Shown: in pieces, positions 58,657-64,000 of the stretch
Numbering within the stretch: position 1 is the first letter of the stretch
Layout: every line of letters starts with the position of its first letter
NCBI GenBank assembly: GCA_965248265.1
Contig: CBDFJF010000002.1
Location: 3,552,001 to 3,616,000, forward strand
Direction of reading: 5' to 3'
From: Candidatus Latescibacterota bacterium
Lineage (GTDB): Bacteria > Latescibacterota > UBA2968 > UBA8231
Length of the DNA stretch: 64,000 bases
Notes under the pieces: generated by a model
The model's input: only the letters and a program-made list of their open reading frames with translations
Database searches by the model: none
What the model was told of the DNA's origin: nothing
Program-made: the position numbers and the translations under genes

Positions 58657-59619
58657 CTATAGAGTAAGGATTAAAACATAGGTGGCGCACAGACACAGCA
58701 GCACTGCACCCTTCCATTTCTCGAAGCGATGATTCAAACGCAATAGAGCCAACATGGTCAGAACGATGATCAACATCGCCGGAAACATGAAATGGATCTC
58801 TTCCGTGGGAACTTCGAGATCATTGACGACGGACGACGCCCCGGCGATCCAACAGATATTGAGGATGTCCGCCCCGAGGATATTGCCGACGGCGAGGCTC
58901 CCGTGGCCTTTGCGGGCCGACACGATACAGGTCGCAATCTCAGGGACTGAAGTGCCCAGGGCCACCAGGAGGAGACCGACGATGACGTTGCTGACTTCCA
59001 ACTCTCGCGAGATGATGTTGGCAGTCTCGACAATCCACTCACTGCTCACCAGCACGCCGGCCAGCCCGACCGCGAACAGCACCGCGATACGGCTCCAGGA
59101 TCGAACCTCCTCCCCCTCATCCAGCACATCCGCCGCTCCACGATTGCGCTGTTGCCTGTACTGGTAGAGCAGGTACCCGCAAAAGCCCAGGACGAGAACG
59201 ATCCCTTCGGGCCGGTCCAGAGTTCCGTCGAAACACATGATGTAGGCAATCACATCGACAGCGACGAGAAATATGGCGGTCGAGCGCAGGACGGCCCGAT
59301 CGATCACCACTACGACGGGAGCGAGAAACGCCACAAGTGGCAATGCCAGCCCATCGTCGTAGATGACCGACCCCACCGCATTGGCCAGCGCAAGTTCCGC
59401 ATTGCCGTCAAGGGCTGCCTGCACTGACACAGCAAGCTCTGGAGCGGTAGTGCCAATGCTGACGATGACGATGCCGATCAGGATGGGAGGGACTTTCAGC
59501 TGGCGGGCGATGTCAATGGCACCATCGACCAGCCAGTCGGCGCATTTGGCCAGCACGGCGAAAGCCGCGGCCATCACCCCCACTGCCGGCCACAGAGTCA
59601 GAGATTCAAATGAAAGCAT
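58657..59619 (-). CDS. Calcium/sodium:cation antiporter (CaCA, YrbG-like)
   Basis: Alpha repeats GTTAPE…N.VGS and GTSVPE…GN.LG. Confidence 0.92.
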   Translation of the reverse strand: MLSFESLTLWPAVGVMAAAFAVLAKCADWLVDGAIDIARQLKVPPILIGIVIVSIGTTAPELAVSVQAALDGNAELALANAVGSVIYDDGLALPLVAFLAPVVVVIDRAVLRSTAIFLVAVDVIAYIMCFDGTLDRPEGIVLVLGFCGYLLYQYRQQRNRGAADVLDEGEEVRSWSRIAVLFAVGLAGVLVSSEWIVETANIISRELEVSNVIVGLLLVALGTSVPEIATCIVSARKGHGSLAVGNILGADILNICWIAGASSVVNDLEVPTEEIHFMFPAMLIIVLTMLALLRLNHRFEKWKGAVLLCLCATYVLILTL

Positions 59620-59855
59620 ATTCCTCCAACAAATAACCCATGATCAATCGATCAACCGGCCAGAGGCAGTCAGATTAGGTACGTGCCTGGCCTGAATGCC
59701 AGCCTGTTGAGGATCGTATGTAGGCTCGATTACAGGATGAATTACGGGGGCGGCGGAGGGGAATCCTGGCCCGCACACAAAGGCCCGAAATACAACGAGG
59801 AGAATGAGTTGGAGAATAGGTGTGGCGAACGCGTCTGTCAAGAAACAGAAGATCA

Positions 59856-59884
59856 TTGACATTATCGGTAGAATACTATATCAT
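59856..59884 (+). promoter_or_regulatory. Sigma70-type promoter
   Basis: TTGACA-N17-TATCAT in an AT-rich intergenic region upstream of 60078. Confidence 0.6.
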
Positions 59885-60077
59885 ATTATGTACTAGTAAG
59901 ATACATCTTTTGTTATAAAAACAGCTAAAGAAACCTCACGGATGGCCGATAATGTAAAAGAAGGTGGAAGAGCTTGGATGATGGGCCCGCGGCGGGCGGC
60001 GCTACGATCCAAACCCTCTTCCTGGACATTCAGAGCTTCTTCAGGCGGAAATTCAGAGCGACTCGGAGCATAGAATC

Positions 60078-60455
60078 ATGGTTAATGACTTCCTTTCGGA
60101 TATCTTGAAGGTCGTAATCGTTCTCGACGTACTCGGCGTCATTGCGTATTTCCTACTCGGATTGAAAACCAAAGCGCAGCCGAGTCCTGCCAGGATGACG
60201 ACTGTGGAGACCAACCAGCCCGTTGGAGCTGAAAGGGGCTTGTTCGGACCTGGTTTCTTGAATCCGGCCGTCGCCGCTTCTGATTCCCCTGCCCAGGTGC
60301 ATGTAGCTACTCCTCCTGGCTTGTGGAGGCGTCTGAGGACCCGACTATCCCGGAGACGCCGCACTCTGCATCGTGCACCTGCTCAGAGCCTGGAGCTGGC
60401 CATGAGCAGGCTTCGCGGGGTCTTCAACAGTTATGAGCGAGGGCTCAGTATCTGA
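60078..60455 (+). CDS. Hypothetical single-TM protein
   Basis: GGAG RBS, ATG, N-terminal TM helix, Arg-rich tail. Confidence 0.6.
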   Translation: MVNDFLSDILKVVIVLDVLGVIAYFLLGLKTKAQPSPARMTTVETNQPVGAERGLFGPGFLNPAVAASDSPAQVHVATPPGLWRRLRTRLSRRRRTLHRAPAQSLELAMSRLRGVFNSYERGLSI

Positions 60456-60646
60456 CTGCTGAACGGCCTGACTGGATTACGATCACCACACCCCACTCGA
60501 CGTCTGCGGGCGTCGGGCGACCTGCATGAGAGCCGACTCTGCCCCTGAGCTACACCCCCCTGGGTATTTTCTGCGCCTACGCTAACGGCAGTTCCAGATA
60601 CCCGTGACTTCCCAATGATAGCCAGGGGCTGAGTCACGCCTGCGAG

Positions 60647-60677
60647 AGAATAATTATTACTTGTCAAGAATAATTAT
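60647..60677. promoter_or_regulatory. Tandem ARG-box-like sites upstream of argG
   Basis: AGAATAATTAT repeated at 60647 and 60667 (20-bp period); matches the GAAT-W4-AT core. Confidence 0.45.
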
Positions 60678-60756
60678 CGATATATATTTGGGACAGTGAT
60701 CCGAAGACTGATGATTTGAGACTGACAATAATTGAGACTACTGGGAAGAGGAGACC

Positions 60757-61995
60757 ATGGAACTCACTGATCTGCAGGGTCGGACTGTGATGCTGGCTGT
60801 CTCAGGTGGGCTGGACAGCTGCACCATCACGCATTGGCTGGCCCAGAATGGGATCGATGTGATCGCCTATACCGCCGACCTCGGACAACCTGACGAGGAG
60901 AATATCGAAGATGTGAGAGAGCGGATGCTCGCCTGCGGTGCCCGGGAGATGATCCTTGCGGATCTGAAGCCCGAGATTGCCGAAGCCGGCATCAAGCTAG
61001 TGCAGGCCATGGCCAGGTACGAGGGAGGATACTGGAATACGACCGCCATCGGCCGTCATGTCGTGGTTGAGGGGCTGGTCAGTGAGATGGACAAACGGCA
61101 AGTAGTCATCCTCGGCCACGGCGCGACGGGACGCGGCAATGATCAGGTTCGCTTTCAACTGGCGGCCCAGATGCTCAATCCGGAAGTAGAGGTTTATGCT
61201 CCCTGGAGAGACCAGACCTTCCTCGATTGCTTCGGCGGGCGCAAGGAGATGATCGACTATTGCAGCGAACATGCTCTCCCGGTAAAGGCCAGCCACCAGG
61301 CCCCCTATTCCACGGATGCCAATATCCTCGGCCTCACTCATGAGGCGGGAGAGCTGGAATCGCTGATGACGCCGGCCTCGAAGATTACGCCCGGAATGGG
61401 CGTGTGGCCGCAGGATGCCCCGGACGAGCCGGAAACGCTGGAGATCGTGTTTGTGGAAGGCAAACCCGTGTCCGTGGGTGGCGAGCAGGTCGACGCTCTT
61501 CAGGCACTGGAAATCTGCAACCGTATCGGCGGCCGGCACGGCATCGGCATCGGACTGCACGCAGTGGAGAATCGCTTCGTCGGTATCAAATCGAGGGGAG
61601 TGTACGAGGCTCCGGGTCTCGAACTGATCGGTATTGCCTACGAATTCCTGTTGCAGCTGGTGGCCGATCGCAGAGCACGCCGCCTGTACGAGCAGGTCTC
61701 ACGGTTCATCGCCGAGCAGATCTACCAGGGTTACTGGTTTGACACCGCAACACAGGCCAGCTGGCGCTTCGTCGAGCACCTCAACGAGTTGACCAGTGGC
61801 ACGGTGATCCTGTCCCTGTACAAAGGCACCGCCAGTTTCCATGGCGCGCGCGATGTGGCTCACTCCCTGTACAGCGAGGACACCTCCTCGATGGAAGATG
61901 TGGGCGAGTTCGATCACAAGGATTCTGAAGGGTTTCTGGCCGTGCTTGGGGTTGGAGCCCGGGCCCTCAAGCGCTCGGGACAAACTGGCCGCTAG
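60757..61995 (+). CDS. argG: Argininosuccinate synthase
   Basis: SGGLDS, HGATGRGNDQVRF, APWR, YSTDAN, VENR.VGIKSRGVYEAPG. Confidence 0.96.
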   Translation: MELTDLQGRTVMLAVSGGLDSCTITHWLAQNGIDVIAYTADLGQPDEENIEDVRERMLACGAREMILADLKPEIAEAGIKLVQAMARYEGGYWNTTAIGRHVVVEGLVSEMDKRQVVILGHGATGRGNDQVRFQLAAQMLNPEVEVYAPWRDQTFLDCFGGRKEMIDYCSEHALPVKASHQAPYSTDANILGLTHEAGELESLMTPASKITPGMGVWPQDAPDEPETLEIVFVEGKPVSVGGEQVDALQALEICNRIGGRHGIGIGLHAVENRFVGIKSRGVYEAPGLELIGIAYEFLLQLVADRRARRLYEQVSRFIAEQIYQGYWFDTATQASWRFVEHLNELTSGTVILSLYKGTASFHGARDVAHSLYSEDTSSMEDVGEFDHKDSEGFLAVLGVGARALKRSGQTGR

Positions 61996-62021
61996 GCCGT
62001 TACCATTGGGGTTCGCCCGAT

Positions 62022-62813
62022 TCACGTTTTTCGCGCTATCCAGATCTGCTCACCTGAACCTTCGAAGGGATTGCCGTCGAAATCTCCGCACAACGCCTGA
62101 ATCTTGAATCCGGCAGATTCCAGCAGCTCTTCGGTCTCAAGCGGGTCCGCATAGCGCAAGATCAAGTGGCCGCGCTCCTCAGTCCCTGACGATCTGTAGA
62201 CGAACTCCTGTCGCAGACGGTGTGAATGAAGATCGTGGCTCCGGCGATACCAGACCTCTACTTCCTTTCCAGTCTCGGGATCCAGGAAGACCGCGTCGCG
62301 CTCCAACTCCGCAGAGGTCCCCTGCCTGTCGATATCCGACCCGGGGTCGAAAACATTGAAGGCCAGAACGCCCTCAGAACACAGATGGTCGTGAATACAG
62401 CGGAGAGCGGCAACTCGATCGTCGTCGGTGAGTAGGTGCTGAAATGTGCGGTAAGGGAGGATCGCGAGGCGAAACTGACAGTGCAACCGAAAACAGCGCA
62501 TGTCGGCACACACCAAGGCGACGTTACTGCCGAAGTCACGTCCCAACTGGGAACTCTCTCCCAGTGCCGTCAGCGTGGAATGGATCTTCCGTCTCGCCAA
62601 CCTCAGCATCTGGGCAGAGGAATCGAGGCCTACGATGCGCAGCCCGTTGGCGGCGATGGGCAGCATGGTGCGGGCAGTACCGCAACCCAATTCGAGGACT
62701 GGTGAGCCGACCTCCGTGCTCAGAGCGGTGTAGAACTCGGATTCACCTTCGAGGCCGGTGAAATACTCGTCGTAGTATCGTGCCTGGGCACCGCTATACG
62801 ACGCGTTCGCCAT
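62022..62813 (-). CDS. Class I SAM-dependent methyltransferase
   Basis: VLELGCGTAR, GLD.S..ML, ADM..F. Confidence 0.9.
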   Translation of the reverse strand: MANASYSGAQARYYDEYFTGLEGESEFYTALSTEVGSPVLELGCGTARTMLPIAANGLRIVGLDSSAQMLRLARRKIHSTLTALGESSQLGRDFGSNVALVCADMRCFRLHCQFRLAILPYRTFQHLLTDDDRVAALRCIHDHLCSEGVLAFNVFDPGSDIDRQGTSAELERDAVFLDPETGKEVEVWYRRSHDLHSHRLRQEFVYRSSGTEERGHLILRYADPLETEELLESAGFKIQALCGDFDGNPFEGSGEQIWIARKT

Positions 62814-62832
62814 GCAACAATCAGAATAGATC

Positions 62833-63819
62833 TCAGAGCAGATCGCTGACCACTGACTTCTCTTCCGCGAGCTCTTTCTCCGTCAGTTCGATCTTGTCTT
62901 TCGCGAAATCACTCAACTCGATGTTTTCGACGATCGACCAATTCCCCTTGCCATCGCTTGTCACTGGAAAGGAGAAAATGAGTCCTTCCTGGATCCCGTA
63001 GCTACCATCTGAAACGACGCCGGCTGAAAACCAATCCCCTGCCGGGGTCGCAGCCTCGACACTCTTTACATGATCCAGGGCCGCGTTCGCTGCTGATGCC
63101 GCGGAGGATAGCCCGCGGGCAGCGATGACGGCGGCGCCCCTTTGCTGTACGACATCGATGAACTCACCCTGGAGCCACTCTGTATCATCGATGACGGAAG
63201 CACATGGCTTGCCCTCGATCCGGGCGTTTTCCGCATCCGGGTACTGCGTGGCGCTATGGTTTCCCCAAATCGTCATGTTCCTGACGTCCGTCACCTTCTT
63301 TCCCGCCTTTTGCGCCAGTTGCACCTGGGCCCGATTCTGATCCAATCGCGTCATCGCGTGAAAGCGGTCGCGAGGTACTCCGGCCTTGGCTGCATGACTC
63401 ATAGCAATCAAGCAGTTGGTGTTGGCCGGGTTACCGACGACGAGTGTTCTGACATCGTCCGCTGCGCGGGCCAGTCCCTCACCCTGACCAACAAAGATCG
63501 GACCATTCTCCTTGATCAAATCGCCGCGTTCCATGCCCTTACCCCTGGGTTTGGCACCTACAAGGATGGCCCAGTTGACGCTGTCGAAGGCAACGTCGGC
63601 CTTGTCGGTGACAACGACGTCATCGAGCAGAGGAAAAGCGCAGTCGTCCAATTCCATGACGACCCCTTCGACCGCCGGAAGAGCCGGGGTGATCTCGAGC
63701 AGATTCAGGCTCACTCTGGTATCGTGACCAAACACCTCGCCAGAGGCGAGGCGTGGCAGGAGGGCATAACCGATCTGTCCGGCTGCTCCGGTTACAGCGA
63801 CGCGCACTGTGCGTGCCAT
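62833..63819 (-). CDS. mdh: Malate dehydrogenase
   Basis: [46 protein letters not shown]. Confidence 0.97.
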   Translation of the reverse strand: MARTVRVAVTGAAGQIGYALLPRLASGEVFGHDTRVSLNLLEITPALPAVEGVVMELDDCAFPLLDDVVVTDKADVAFDSVNWAILVGAKPRGKGMERGDLIKENGPIFVGQGEGLARAADDVRTLVVGNPANTNCLIAMSHAAKAGVPRDRFHAMTRLDQNRAQVQLAQKAGKKVTDVRNMTIWGNHSATQYPDAENARIEGKPCASVIDDTEWLQGEFIDVVQQRGAAVIAARGLSSAASAANAALDHVKSVEAATPAGDWFSAGVVSDGSYGIQEGLIFSFPVTSDGKGNWSIVENIELSDFAKDKIELTEKELAEEKSVVSDLL

Positions 63820-64000
63820 ATAAAAGGACTCCTTGTGGGTAGTTGTATCGAACGCGAAACGGACGGGCGCACGACGGACGCGTAAACGGCGGACACGTCC
63901 GTTACACGCCGCCGAGAAATTAACAAGATCGATGACAAGGGCAAATGACAGACCGGAGCGGCCTGAGTACCGGGACGCTTCTTGACGAACCAGGGGGTAG

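Overview
Bacterial chromosomal window, GC-rich overall, dominated by a ~35 kb respiratory supercluster (8.4-43.4 kb). It has four parts. (i) A complete alternative complex III (actABCDEF, probable actG) with SCO and an A2-type caa3 oxidase. (ii) A convergent operon with a cytochrome bd-like subunit I lacking CydB, three c-type cytochromes (one fused to an EbdC/NxrC-like domain) and a probable blue-copper protein. (iii) In a more AT-rich segment, a radical SAM/SPASM - tandem-USP/rubredoxin - Mrp ATPase - CxxC operon in which three proteins share five copies of a BchB/ChlB C-terminal-like (PCP_red) domain. (iv) A second, A1-type heme-copper oxidase operon with ctaB, two subunit III genes and another blue-copper paralog. 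The flanks carry cysS, a DAACS symporter, csp, tRNA-Arg(CCT), tRNA-Lys(TTT), orphan groES, ppgK, ald, a sugar-catabolic cluster, an atypical MotA/ExbB-ExbD-like pair, argG and mdh. The best candidate for an undescribed system is the PCP_red-tagged maturation operon, possibly together with the CydB-less bd-like/cytochrome c module. Other signals: a frameshifted DUF815 ATPase, an IS3 relic, a perfect 22-bp palindrome and a candidate structured RNA at 55.4 kb. All family calls come from motif recognition by eye; no database searches were run.
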